Counted from the stretch's first letter, positions 27,371-35,045 are shown. The stretch: 55,227 bases of DNA from a virus (IMGVR_UViG_3300034073_001024:1-55227); one strand, 5' to 3'. Notes: generated from the letters alone by a model not told the origin. Made by a program: numbers and translations.

Positions 27371-27774
27371 CAGAAGGGGATGTCTTCGTCGGCAGGGGTA
27401 GCGGCTGCGCCACCACTAGCGGGCGGGCGCGCAGTTGACGGCGCAGAGTTATCAGATTTGCTGCCAAGCAGTTGCAATCGCTCAACTTTTACGACGGGCT
27501 TGCTGCGTTTTTCTCCAGTGTTTCGATCAGTCCATTGCTCAATCGTCATTCGACCAACCACGCCAATCAGCGCGCCTTTGCGCACATAGTCGGCGGCCAC
27601 CTGAGCTTGCTTGCCCCAGACCTCCAGGTTGAACCAGTCGGGGTCTTCGTCGCGATTACTAGTGGCTTTGTTTACCGCAATGGTGAGGTTGGCCACCATG
27701 CTTCCGGATTCGAAGTAGCGCACCTCGGGATCGCGGCCGGCACGGCCGACGAGGGTGATGCAGTTGATGCTCAT
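27370..27774 (-). CDS. ssb: Single-stranded DNA-binding protein (cyanobacterial type)
   Basis: LVGRAGRDPEVRYFESG...DWFNLEVWGKQAQVAADYVRKG; C-terminal DEDIPF. Confidence 0.95.
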   Translation of the reverse strand: MSINCITLVGRAGRDPEVRYFESGSMVANLTIAVNKATSNRDEDPDWFNLEVWGKQAQVAADYVRKGALIGVVGRMTIEQWTDRNTGEKRSKPVVKVERLQLLGSKSDNSAPSTARPPASGGAAATPADEDIPF

Positions 27775-27778
27775 CAGT

Positions 27779-27991
27779 TCAAGGATTCAGTGGAATGATG
27801 CCGTGCGTCTGCTCAAAAGCAAGCACAGCGGATAGTGCATACCGCACACGCTTTTCACCAGCTGGTGTTGCAATGCGCGGTAGCTCATAATGCGGAGGAC
27901 CGTTCCCCCGCGAACGCTGGGATTTGATCGTGGATGGCTTGAGGCCCCAGCGCGCTGCAAGCTGTTCGGTGGTGAGATACGGTTCAGTCAT
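27779..27991 (-). CDS. Excisionase/AlpA-like HTH protein
   Basis: YLTTEQLAARWGLKPSTI...R.RG.GP...VRY. Confidence 0.75.
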   Translation of the reverse strand: MTEPYLTTEQLAARWGLKPSTIKSQRSRGNGPPHYELPRIATPAGEKRVRYALSAVLAFEQTHGIIPLNP

Positions 27992-28778
27992 CAGCAAATG
28001 GATCCTCCTCCGGCACTTCAGGATGCAGTGTTGCTTCGCGTTCCATCGCAAGCGTGCTCAGCTCGTCATATTGCTCAGGGCTGAGCTGCGACTGCCGCGC
28101 CCGCATCCGTTCGTTCACTTCCGCCAGCTTCTCCAGTGTGTCCGCCTTGGCGATAGCAGCCTTGCCGGCTTGGAACAGCTTGGCATCACCGGCCGGTTGG
28201 GCGGGCAATGCAGCGGGTGCAGGTGGCTGAGTGGTGACAGTGACGGGTTCTACCGTCTCGGATTGCTCCATCTCGTCGGTGGTGTAAACACCGCTGAGAT
28301 CAGCAGGGAACGCCTTACGTAGCGCCAATGCCTCGGAGCATTTGGCGATCATTGCGGCACCCATCTTGTTCCACAAGCCTTGACCGGCGTTGTAGTCAGC
28401 AAACCGCGCCACACCAACGAACGGGCGTGATGCACCACGGCGGTAGATGATGGTCTTGGCAGCTGCAGGTGGCTTGGAATCAAGCCATACATCACGCCAT
28501 TCGCCATCAGCGCCGCACCAGAATGTTTCGGAGCCATCAAGCTGGCCGGTGCGTTCAGCGATGCTGCGCAGGCCGTCGATGCCGGCTTGGATGGTCATCT
28601 TGCCGCCGTTGCCGCCGCGCTTGATGGCATAGATCTGTTTCGAGAACGGATCCAGCCCAGTGCGTTGGCACGCATAGGCAAACAGTCGCAGTTCATCCTG
28701 ACTGCAGCCCGGCGCAATGGTGCTGCTGATCAGTTGCGTTTGTTCTGGTGTCCAGTGGGTTAAAGCGGAGGAGGTCAT
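27984..28778 (-). CDS. bet: Single-strand annealing protein (Bet/RecT family)
   Basis: ELRLF...CQRTGLDPFSKQIY, IDGLRSIAERTG, MIAKCSEALALRKAFP...GVYTTDEM. Confidence 0.9.
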   Translation of the reverse strand: MTSSALTHWTPEQTQLISSTIAPGCSQDELRLFAYACQRTGLDPFSKQIYAIKRGGNGGKMTIQAGIDGLRSIAERTGQLDGSETFWCGADGEWRDVWLDSKPPAAAKTIIYRRGASRPFVGVARFADYNAGQGLWNKMGAAMIAKCSEALALRKAFPADLSGVYTTDEMEQSETVEPVTVTTQPPAPAALPAQPAGDAKLFQAGKAAIAKADTLEKLAEVNERMRARQSQLSPEQYDELSTLAMEREATLHPEVPEEDPFADD

Positions 28779-29573
28779 TTAGAAATCATCAGAGGTGAGA
28801 ACAGTGGAATTAGGGTTGAGCGCCCACTTCGGCAGGCTCAGCGTTTGCACGTCATCGCCATAGCCTGGCCACTCATTTGTGGCGCGGCAATCGGCGATCA
28901 CGCGCATATCACGCTGCCGCAGTTCATTGCCAAGCTGCAGCGCTTCGGCGTCAAGTTCATACACCGCAACCGGATGCGGGTATGCCTTCTCAACCGCAAT
29001 GAAAAAGAACCGCTCAGCGCCAAGGCCGCTCAGGTAGTGGGACGCCTGCACATGATAGCGGAAGGTTGCCACCGATTTGGCGAAGCCACGCGGTGATGCG
29101 TCGGTGGTGGTTTTGAGATCCACCACGGCGCTGCCATTGAGCCAGTCCGGCCGGCACTTGCAGCGCAGGCCGGTATCAAGATCATCCCACCAGAAGGACT
29201 GCTCAGCTTGCCCGTGGCGCAGCAGTTCCGCTGCTGCTTGGTGGCTGCGTACAGCGCCGGCCATTGCCAGCGCCAGCTCCATGTCGCTGCCGGTGACAGC
29301 TTCAATGCCAGCAGCAGCCATCTCGGCGGCTTGCTCCTTGCCGGCCTTGGTGTTACGCGGTGCGCAGATGCCATAGCGCTTGCTCAACTCATCGGGCTCC
29401 AGCACGGCGCAATGCACCAGTGAGCCCAGCCTCATCACAGCAGTCGGCTCCGGCCGCTGCCGCTGTGGATCCAGGAAGCGGCTCCAGTAGTGGTATGGGC
29501 TCTGCGCGACGGCGTGGAGGTGGCTAGCGCTGATCGCCGGATCAGCGTGATACTGCTCGTTGGTGATGGTCAT
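28779..29573 (-). CDS. RecE/ExoVIII-like PD-(D/E)XK exonuclease (DUF3799)
   Basis: YHA..AISAS.L, LGSLVH..VLEP, CKCRPDW...VDLKTT, YHVQ..HY. Confidence 0.88.
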   Translation of the reverse strand: MTITNEQYHADPAISASHLHAVAQSPYHYWSRFLDPQRQRPEPTAVMRLGSLVHCAVLEPDELSKRYGICAPRNTKAGKEQAAEMAAAGIEAVTGSDMELALAMAGAVRSHQAAAELLRHGQAEQSFWWDDLDTGLRCKCRPDWLNGSAVVDLKTTTDASPRGFAKSVATFRYHVQASHYLSGLGAERFFFIAVEKAYPHPVAVYELDAEALQLGNELRQRDMRVIADCRATNEWPGYGDDVQTLSLPKWALNPNSTVLTSDDF

Positions 29574-29776
29574 TCTTTCGGGCTCCATTCGTCGCACCAG
29601 TCAGTTGAGGCAACACTGGGCCAGTGGCTGCGATCCTCTCCAGTGGGTTGAGGTGGATGACAGTGGCACTCGTGGCGAGAAATTTCTCTTGCGAAATATG
29701 ATTGCTCAAAAGACTTGCGCAGCACGTGGTATCGACAGTTGCCGCACTGCTGTTCGTCAAGCGGGGGGTAGGTCAT
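29570..29776 (-). CDS. Small 4-Cys protein (HiPIP-like pattern)
   Basis: CGNCRY...ECHCHPP...WPSV...DWCDEW. Confidence 0.6.
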   Translation of the reverse strand: MTYPPLDEQQCGNCRYHVLRKSFEQSYFAREISRHECHCHPPQPTGEDRSHWPSVASTDWCDEWSPKE

Positions 29777-29930
29777 CGGTCCAATCAGGGGTAAGCGTGG
29801 GTGAGCTGATCAGCCAGCCGGGCATCAGCTCCATTGCGGCGCGGATCGCCGCTGCCGGTGACACCGCCACCAGCTGCAGCGTGCGTGGTTGCTTGCCGTG
29901 CTGGTAGGCGGTGATGGTGTAATGGCTCAC
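29757..29930 (-). CDS. Small hypothetical protein
   Basis: GTGA-coupled ORF VSHYTITAY...AVSPAAAIRAAMELMPG. Confidence 0.5.
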   Translation of the reverse strand: MSHYTITAYQHGKQPRTLQLVAVSPAAAIRAAMELMPGWLISSPTLTPDWTDDLPPA

Positions 29931-30106
29931 CGGTGATGCAGCGTCGTCTGTGGCCCGAAGCACTGCTCCAGCTGCGGGAACGCCTCCAGCAGCTTGCGGC
30001 GGTTATCGGGATCAGCCACCAGGCCAGCCTCTGCCAGCTTGGCCATGAAGCCACCGCCGTGGCGGATGGCGGTTTGGAGCGTTTGGAAGGTTTCGTTAGG
30101 GGTCAT
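29927..30106 (-). CDS. Small hypothetical protein (59 aa); not in track
   Basis: ATGA-coupled; RHGGGFMAKLAEAGLVADPDNRRKLLEAFP. Confidence 0.65.
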   Translation of the reverse strand: MTPNETFQTLQTAIRHGGGFMAKLAEAGLVADPDNRRKLLEAFPQLEQCFGPQTTLHHR

Positions 30107-30231
30107 TTCCGCACCACCTGCTGCGTGCCGCTATGGGTGGGCTTGTGGTGTGCGCCGGAATCGACGCCGATCATGGCGAATACTGCCGCTGCAATCAGCA
30201 GGCAGATCGCATTGTTGATGCGGTTGAGCAT
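30103..30231 (-). CDS. Small membrane peptide (42 aa)
   Basis: MLNRINNAICLLIAAAVFAMIGVDSG...; GGAG SD-like sequence just upstream. Confidence 0.55.
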   Translation of the reverse strand: MLNRINNAICLLIAAAVFAMIGVDSGAHHKPTHSGTQQVVRK

Positions 30232-30252
30232 GGCTCCGTGGTTGGGATTACT

Positions 30253-30284
30253 GCCGGCATTTGGTGCGGCTGCCGGTGGGCCGC
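30253..30284 (-). repeat. Intergenic pseudoknot repeat, copy A
   Basis: Minus strand GCGGC CC ACCGGCA GCCGC ACCAAA TGCCGGC. Confidence 0.75.
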
Positions 30285-30289
30285 GTGGA

Positions 30290-30595
30290 TCACGCCAGGC
30301 GTGCAGCCAGTGCCACCAGCTGTGCCTTCACAGCCTTACGCGGTGCGCTTGCCATAGCGCGCAGCTCCTTGCACGTGAGCTGTTCCAGCTCGCTGGCCAG
30401 ATCAAACAGCGGATGGACAGCAGGCGCCGGCATCTTCGGGCGTGGTGCCAGCACAGCAGTCACGTCATCATTCAGGCGGTGCAGCTGCTCGCCGCACCAG
30501 TAGCCAGCGGCATAGACCGCAGCGATGACAGCAGCAACCTGGCGGGCATAGCGCTCGATGTACGGCGCCCAGTCGGTGGTGATAACAGTGGTCAT
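30290..30595 (-). CDS. Hypothetical protein with C-terminal Rho-N/HEH-like motif
   Basis: LEQLTCKELRAMA...KAQLV; first gene after the promoter. Confidence 0.6.
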   Translation of the reverse strand: MTTVITTDWAPYIERYARQVAAVIAAVYAAGYWCGEQLHRLNDDVTAVLAPRPKMPAPAVHPLFDLASELEQLTCKELRAMASAPRKAVKAQLVALAARLA

Positions 30596-30633
30596 GGTTC
30601 CTTGCCGGGGTGAGGGATGGCCGGCTTGCGTTG

Positions 30634-30662
30634 ATGGTAGCACCCTAAGCGGCGGTGTGCAA
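30634..30662 (-). promoter_or_regulatory. sigma70-like early promoter
   Basis: TTGCAC-N17-TACCAT. Confidence 0.6.
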
Positions 30663-30665
30663 CCT

Positions 30666-31010
30666 CTAGTAGGAGATGAACACCCGAGCAATCCCGTCAA
30701 GCGGAACACCCAGGCGGTGAGCAGCGCCAGCGCTGAGATCCAGCGAGTTGCAATCGCAGCGGTCCAATACCGGCACCGTGAGCACACGCCCTTGGTGGCT
30801 GACGCGCACCGGCGTGCCGCAGGGGAGGTACCGATGCGCTGCGGATACGCCCCAGTGCTGGTATGTCTGGCCGCAATAGGTGGTGCGGCCGTGGTACCAG
30901 CTGTCGTACACCGTGGCCGTCACGTGCCGCCCGTGCGCGTGCACCGGCAGCGGCAGTAGCAGCATTGCAGCCAGCATTCGGCGGATCAGACCGCGTGGGT
31001 TTGTAGTCAT
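30666..31010 (-). CDS. RlpA-like (DPBB) lytic transglycosylase with signal peptide
   Basis: ATVY..WYHGRTTYCG..Y...SAAHRYLPCGT.VRV...V.VLDR...LDLSAGAAHRLG. Confidence 0.85.
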   Translation of the reverse strand: MTTNPRGLIRRMLAAMLLLPLPVHAHGRHVTATVYDSWYHGRTTYCGQTYQHWGVSAAHRYLPCGTPVRVSHQGRVLTVPVLDRCDCNSLDLSAGAAHRLGVPLDGIARVFISY

Positions 31011-31021
31011 GAGTTCAGTGC

Positions 31022-31108
31022 CTACTTGTGAGCAAAAGAAGCTACGGTCATGCCAAATAGGCAGCCGATGACAAAAGACATTCCGAGTAATTGAACAGGA
31101 ACCATCAT
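31022..31108 (-). CDS. 28-aa membrane peptide
   Basis: MMVPVQLLGMSFVIGCLFGMTVASFAHK*, coupled to the upstream stop. Confidence 0.4.
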   Translation of the reverse strand: MMVPVQLLGMSFVIGCLFGMTVASFAHK

Positions 31109-31302
31109 TCACGCCTCCTGCTGCGGTTTGGTGAGCAAGTGCCATAGCCATATCCATTGCCATATCCATCGCCATAGCCATCGCCATCGCCATCGCCATT
31201 GCCATCGCCATAGCCATCGCCATAGCCATTGCCATATCCATCGCCATAGCCATAGCCATAGCCATCGCCATAGCCATCGCCCACTGGCATCATGATATTC
31301 AT
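31105..31302 (-). CDS. Gly-Tyr/Asp/Asn repeat protein
   Basis: About 23 consecutive G-[YDN] dipeptides encoded by GGC-NAT hexamers. Confidence 0.7.
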   Translation of the reverse strand: MNIMMPVGDGYGDGYGYGYGDGYGNGYGDGYGDGNGDGDGDGYGDGYGNGYGYGTCSPNRSRRRE

Positions 31303-31604
31303 TTCAGCCCCCAGTTATCAGAGACTGGTACGCAAAAAATCTCTGCTCCGGCAGGCATGTCCACATCTGCAATAGGACGCAGATCTGCTTTCTCTGTTTC
31401 GATCATTTTGGCGAAACCAATAGATTCCCATTTGAACACATGTACGGCGCGGGATAGCTTGATTCGTCCATCTTCCCTGGTAACATCACCAGCAAAGATC
31501 CAGCCGCGATCAACTACCACTACGGCGCGGTTGCCTGTAGGAACGGAATCAGCGCGGACGTAAGTAACGCCGTTGATTTGAATTTGAGAGGCAGAAGTTC
31601 CCAT
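31299..31604 (-). CDS. Small beta-barrel protein (DUF6948/Sm-like)
   Basis: AVVVVDRGWIFAG...IKLSRAVHVFKW; ATGA-coupled to the Gly-repeat gene. Confidence 0.6.
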   Translation of the reverse strand: MGTSASQIQINGVTYVRADSVPTGNRAVVVVDRGWIFAGDVTREDGRIKLSRAVHVFKWESIGFAKMIETEKADLRPIADVDMPAGAEIFCVPVSDNWGLK

Positions 31605-31648
31605 GGTTAAGGAATGAAGAAATGCAAGGCATGGTTAGCGACTCAGCC

Positions 31649-31756
31649 TTAATCGTCGAAGCTGCGCCGTCTTTTATGGTCGGAGCGAGGCCAAGTAGCA
31701 GCGCACATCCACCAGCCGATTAAAAAGCCAGCTGCAAAAGACGGGGACCAATTCAT
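31649..31756 (-). CDS. 35-aa membrane peptide
   Basis: MNWSPSFAAGFLIGWWMCAATWPRSDHKRRRSFDD*. Confidence 0.4.
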   Translation of the reverse strand: MNWSPSFAAGFLIGWWMCAATWPRSDHKRRRSFDD

Positions 31757-31770
31757 TGCAGTGGTGAGGC

Positions 31771-31989
31771 TTATGGTCCAGTAATGCGGGGTGGTGGGAA
31801 TTGAGGCTTATCAGTGCGGCACCGAAACTTCCGCGGCGGTTCATCAAGCGGCCAATCAGCATCGCTGATGCTGGTCCGACGCGGCCGCAGAAACAGTGCA
31901 TCGAGGGTGCCCCGCAGCCACATGCCGAACGTGATCCCTAACGACAGGCCCCACGCCAGGCTGGCCGGGTCAAGGCGAGGGTCGCTCAT
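31771..31989 (-). CDS. Small membrane protein
   Basis: LAWGLSLGITFGMWL TM segment; Pro-rich tail. Confidence 0.5.
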   Translation of the reverse strand: MSDPRLDPASLAWGLSLGITFGMWLRGTLDALFLRPRRTSISDADWPLDEPPRKFRCRTDKPQFPPPRITGP

Positions 31990-32345
31990 CGCCCAGCCTC
32001 CCGCTCAAGCCCTCGGGCGCCCATTTCCCAGCCGCGCTCCCGCAACCACGCCGCCACCACGCGGATCACGGCGCGGGCTTCGGGTTTCCAGTTGATCGGT
32101 TCGTCGTCGTCGCCTGTAATTGCGTAAGCCACTCGCTCAACCAACGACCCATCGGGAACCATTTTGTTGACCTCCCCAATATGGTCAGATCGGTTGGTAT
32201 CACTGGCCTCCAGTGCCTCCACGCGGGAGCGGAGTTCCATGATGCAGCGAAAGGCGGAATTGCCATCCATTGCTTCAGTGTCAGCACGGGCCCAGTCGTA
32301 CCTGTCGGCACTCCACTGTCCAAGCGTTGCTTTGTGTTCAGTCAT
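31986..32345 (-). CDS. Hypothetical protein (paralogue 1)
   Basis: ELRSRVEALEA...SLVERVA...ARAVIRVVAAWL. Confidence 0.65.
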   Translation of the reverse strand: MTEHKATLGQWSADRYDWARADTEAMDGNSAFRCIMELRSRVEALEASDTNRSDHIGEVNKMVPDGSLVERVAYAITGDDDEPINWKPEARAVIRVVAAWLRERGWEMGARGLEREAGR

Positions 32346-32563
32346 TAGGGTTCCTCGCTACTGGGGTGGGTCATTTCCACGAGAGTGATGGTTTTGTGAC
32401 GACGAATAAATAGCTTGTGCGGCCCGTCCTCTGAGTAGGTGAGCAGATAGCGCACGCCTTCTTTGAGGACCGACTCAAGATCATTAGCGGATCCACCAGC
32501 GACCCATCTCTCAATGGAGTCTTGTAACTCCCATTCGTAATGTTCGTCGGAGAGCTGTGGATC
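32345..32563 (-). pseudogene. Start-less 72-codon reading frame (possible frameshifted gene)
   Basis: DPQLSDEHYEWELQD...AGGSANDLESVLKEGVRYLLTYSEDGPHKLFIRRH; its TAA overlaps the next ATG. Confidence 0.4.
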
Positions 32564-32984
32564 ATTGCTCCACCTCCATCCGCAACCGCGTTGCAGCGAC
32601 GTGCAGCTCTTGCTGGTCGAGCCAGTCGGCGATGGTGTGGATGACGGCGCGGGCTGGCTTATCTGCGGTCACATAGGGAGCAAAAGTCTCGGCGATGCCA
32701 TTAGCCACCTGCTCCACCAGCGAATCAGAAGATTCCGGCGCATTTTGAGTCAGGCCCAGGCGGGTCCGATTGCTGCTAGATAAGGCAATCGCTCGCAACG
32801 CAGCCTCCAGTGCCTCTACACGGGCGCGAAGTTCGAGGGCACAGTTCGCCGCGTTCGTCTCGTTCTTGCCGAGTTTTTCTACAGCAGCCCACACCTCGGG
32901 CTTGGCGCGGTGGCGCAGCCACTTATCCCGAAGGCCTTCGCATTGCTTATCGAAAGCATCAAAAGCGTGGTGTTGTTCAGTCAT
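32562..32984 (-). CDS. Hypothetical protein (paralogue 2)
   Basis: ELRARVEALEA...SLVEQVA...ARAVIHTIADWL. Confidence 0.65.
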   Translation of the reverse strand: MTEQHHAFDAFDKQCEGLRDKWLRHRAKPEVWAAVEKLGKNETNAANCALELRARVEALEAALRAIALSSSNRTRLGLTQNAPESSDSLVEQVANGIAETFAPYVTADKPARAVIHTIADWLDQQELHVAATRLRMEVEQ

Positions 32985-33181
32985 CTCATGCTCCGGTTAC
33001 GTTCTTCAACAGTCAGCGACGGGTGGCTGTCCCACGTGTCGGTGTCGGCGTCGTATTCAGTGACCACATCAATCACCGCAGCGATGGCGATGCGGCGCAT
33101 CTCAGGCAGTGCGTGCCCGTCAGTGGCGGCTTGCGCGTAGGCCTCGCTGTAGGCAGCGACGCACCGATTGAGCAGCGTCAT
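32981..33181 (-). CDS. Small hypothetical protein
   Basis: ATGA-coupled, MTLLNRCVAAY... Confidence 0.5.
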   Translation of the reverse strand: MTLLNRCVAAYSEAYAQAATDGHALPEMRRIAIAAVIDVVTEYDADTDTWDSHPSLTVEERNRSMR

Positions 33182-33363
33182 GCCGGCACTCCGATGCCTT
33201 CGCCATGCAAGCGGCGGCGGTACAGCTCGCGCAAGTTGGCGCATTCATGCGCCTCATCCATGCGGCCGAGCCGCTTGTAGTAATTCATGCGCACCGTCTC
33301 CCAGCGCCAGCCGCTGTAGAGCAGCTCAACGGGGACGGTTTCGGTTGGTTGTTTACGTGGCAT
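33178..33363 (-). CDS. Small hypothetical protein
   Basis: 61 aa; follows repeat copy B. Confidence 0.6.
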   Translation of the reverse strand: MPRKQPTETVPVELLYSGWRWETVRMNYYKRLGRMDEAHECANLRELYRRRLHGEGIGVPA

Positions 33364-33387
33364 GGGCTTGAGCGGTAGGGATTGGGT

Positions 33388-33417
33388 GCCGGATTGGGTG
33401 CGGCTCCGGCGGGCCGC
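33388..33417 (-). repeat. Intergenic pseudoknot repeat, copy B
   Basis: GCGGC CC GCCGGA GCCGC ACCCAA TCCGGC. Confidence 0.8.
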
Positions 33418-33463
33418 GGTGGGTCAGTCTTCCATTTCCTTCAGCTCATCCATCAGCTGTGAC

Positions 33464-33784
33464 TCACCCGCAATACTCCATCAGCGCCCAGCTGTAGCCG
33501 ATCTGTTCCAGCTGGGCGCTGTCGAGCACGACGCCCTCCGGTGGTCGGCTGTGCAGTCTCATGCACAGAAACTGATCACCCGGTTCCGGCTGCACGGTGA
33601 GCCGATTTGCGGCCACTGGGATCCTCAGCGCTGCGCTCATCGCGGCGGCGCTGGATTCGTGCCCCACGGCACTGGCGTGCTCACCAGCTGCAATCAGACG
33701 GGCGCGCTCAGCGCTAACGGTGCTCATCCTCCACTCGCCATCGGCGCCGTGAGGGATGACGGTTGTGCTCATCAAATAAAGCAT
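33464..33784 (-). CDS. STIV B116-like (DUF1874) protein
   Basis: MLYLMST...SAVGHESSA...NRLTV..EPGDQ...L..RPPEGVVL. Confidence 0.85.
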   Translation of the reverse strand: MLYLMSTTVIPHGADGEWRMSTVSAERARLIAAGEHASAVGHESSAAAMSAALRIPVAANRLTVQPEPGDQFLCMRLHSRPPEGVVLDSAQLEQIGYSWALMEYCG

Positions 33785-33805
33785 TGGTCTGTAGTGGTGA
33801 GGTGA

Positions 33806-34123
33806 TCAGTCGCGGTGGCCACCGATGCGGTTGCCGTCGCCAGCGCCGCCAGGGCGATACGGTGCTGGGTTGGCGGCCCGGTGAGCGCGCGCTTCCGCAA
33901 TGGCGGCACGCTCCTCTGGCGTGCGGCGCGCATCAAATGCAGCCACATGGGCGGCGTGCTCGGCTGCGCGCTGGGCGCGGATCTCGGGCGTGATCTGCCG
34001 GATGTAGGTGATCCGGCGTGGCGTCTTGGCGCCGCCCTGGGTGATGGCGATCACTGCGCCGTGATCGCGTGGTCCGCAATACTCCCAACCCCTCGGGAGT
34101 TTGCGGTTTGGGATGGACTTCAC
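33806..34123 (-). CDS. Hypothetical basic protein
   Basis: 105 aa, GTG start after repeat copy C. Confidence 0.55.
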   Translation of the reverse strand: MKSIPNRKLPRGWEYCGPRDHGAVIAITQGGAKTPRRITYIRQITPEIRAQRAAEHAAHVAAFDARRTPEERAAIAEARAHRAANPAPYRPGGAGDGNRIGGHRD

Positions 34124-34146
34124 GGTTGGTACGGCTTGGGTGAGGT

Positions 34147-34171
34147 GCCGGGATAGGCTCCCGGCGGGCCG
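34147..34171 (-). repeat. Intergenic pseudoknot repeat, copy C (compact)
   Basis: CGGC CC GCCGGGA GCC TA TCCCGGC. Confidence 0.7.
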
Positions 34172-34178
34172 TGGGGGA

Positions 34179-34352
34179 TCAGTCCTCTAGCAGGGACTGA
34201 TTAGCCCACCAGCAGGTTTTGAGGACCGCCTTGGCGCGCGCCTCTTCGGCTTCGCGCTCAAGTCGGTCCTCCTCCCTCCAGCGCTTTGCGCGAGCGATTT
34301 CCCACAGGTTGCGCTCGGCTTCGGTCTTGAAGCGTTTCTTGGTGCGGGGCAT
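34179..34352 (-). CDS. Small charged hypothetical protein
   Basis: MPRTKKRFKTEAERNLWEIAR...; first gene after the promoter. Confidence 0.55.
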   Translation of the reverse strand: MPRTKKRFKTEAERNLWEIARAKRWREEDRLEREAEEARAKAVLKTCWWANQSLLED

Positions 34353-34398
34353 GGTTCTCGGTTTGGGGTGAGGCGGCGACTGGTGCGCCGGTGAAAGA

Positions 34399-34426
34399 AT
34401 CATACACCATGCGCAACCCAGCGCAA
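34399..34426 (-). promoter_or_regulatory. sigma70-like early promoter
   Basis: TTGCGC-N16-TATGAT. Confidence 0.55.
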
Positions 34427-34726
34427 CCAATCACGCATCAGCGCCGATGCGTCTCGCCCGTTCACTTCAACATGGGCCAGCCAGCGGCCGAAGCTGTCTT
34501 GCTTGACGGTGGTGACGGCTAACGGTTGATCGGTCACCAATGCACGCAGCCGCTCCGTTGCTTCACGCCACAGCGGCTCACCGCGTTCCGGTGTATCCAG
34601 CTCCAGCAGTCGCAGCCGTTGGCGTGTCGTGAACCGGAAGCCGACGTCAATGATCACGTCGATCGTGTCACCGTCGATCACGCGGTCAAGCGTGACGTGC
34701 TCATACCGCCAGGATTTGCTCTGCAT
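34400..34726 (-). CDS. Thermonuclease (SNase-like)
   Basis: RVIDGDTIDV..DVGF...RLRL..LDTPE, QDSFGRWLA. Confidence 0.88.
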   Translation of the reverse strand: MQSKSWRYEHVTLDRVIDGDTIDVIIDVGFRFTTRQRLRLLELDTPERGEPLWREATERLRALVTDQPLAVTTVKQDSFGRWLAHVEVNGRDASALMRDWLRWVAHGV

Positions 34727-35045
34727 CTTCCACGCTCCTAGCCACACCAGCAATGCCACCAGCGGCTTGCACCGCTTCCATCCATTGTCGCTGTTCTGGG
34801 CGCAGGCGGCCGGTGGCGCTCTTGACTTCTATTGAGGTGAACACCGCCACCTGCTGGCCGATCATCTCGGGCGTGATGGTGATGGTGCGCCAGCCGATCA
34901 GGTCGCCGCTGCCTGGTTGTAAGCCATACCGCACCGGCACACCGCGTTGATCACGCAAGACGCCACAGTTATTCCTGTAGAGGCGGCAGTCACCGCGGCT
35001 GCACGCTACGCGGATGTGTTGCTGGATTGATTGTTCGCTGGGCAC
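34701..35045 (-). CDS. VRR-NUC nuclease
   Basis: EQSIQQHI, GSGDLIG, IEVKS..GRLRPEQRQW...GG.AGVARSVEDA. Confidence 0.88.
   Translation of the reverse strand: MPSEQSIQQHIRVACSRGDCRLYRNNCGVLRDQRGVPVRYGLQPGSGDLIGWRTITITPEMIGQQVAVFTSIEVKSATGRLRPEQRQWMEAVQAAGGIAGVARSVEDAEQILAV

Noticed and set aside
30666-31277. Track ORF starting MAMAMAMA fused to RlpA
   Set aside because: Alternate-frame reading of the GGC-NAT repeat; the RlpA-like gene has its own ATG and signal peptide at 31010
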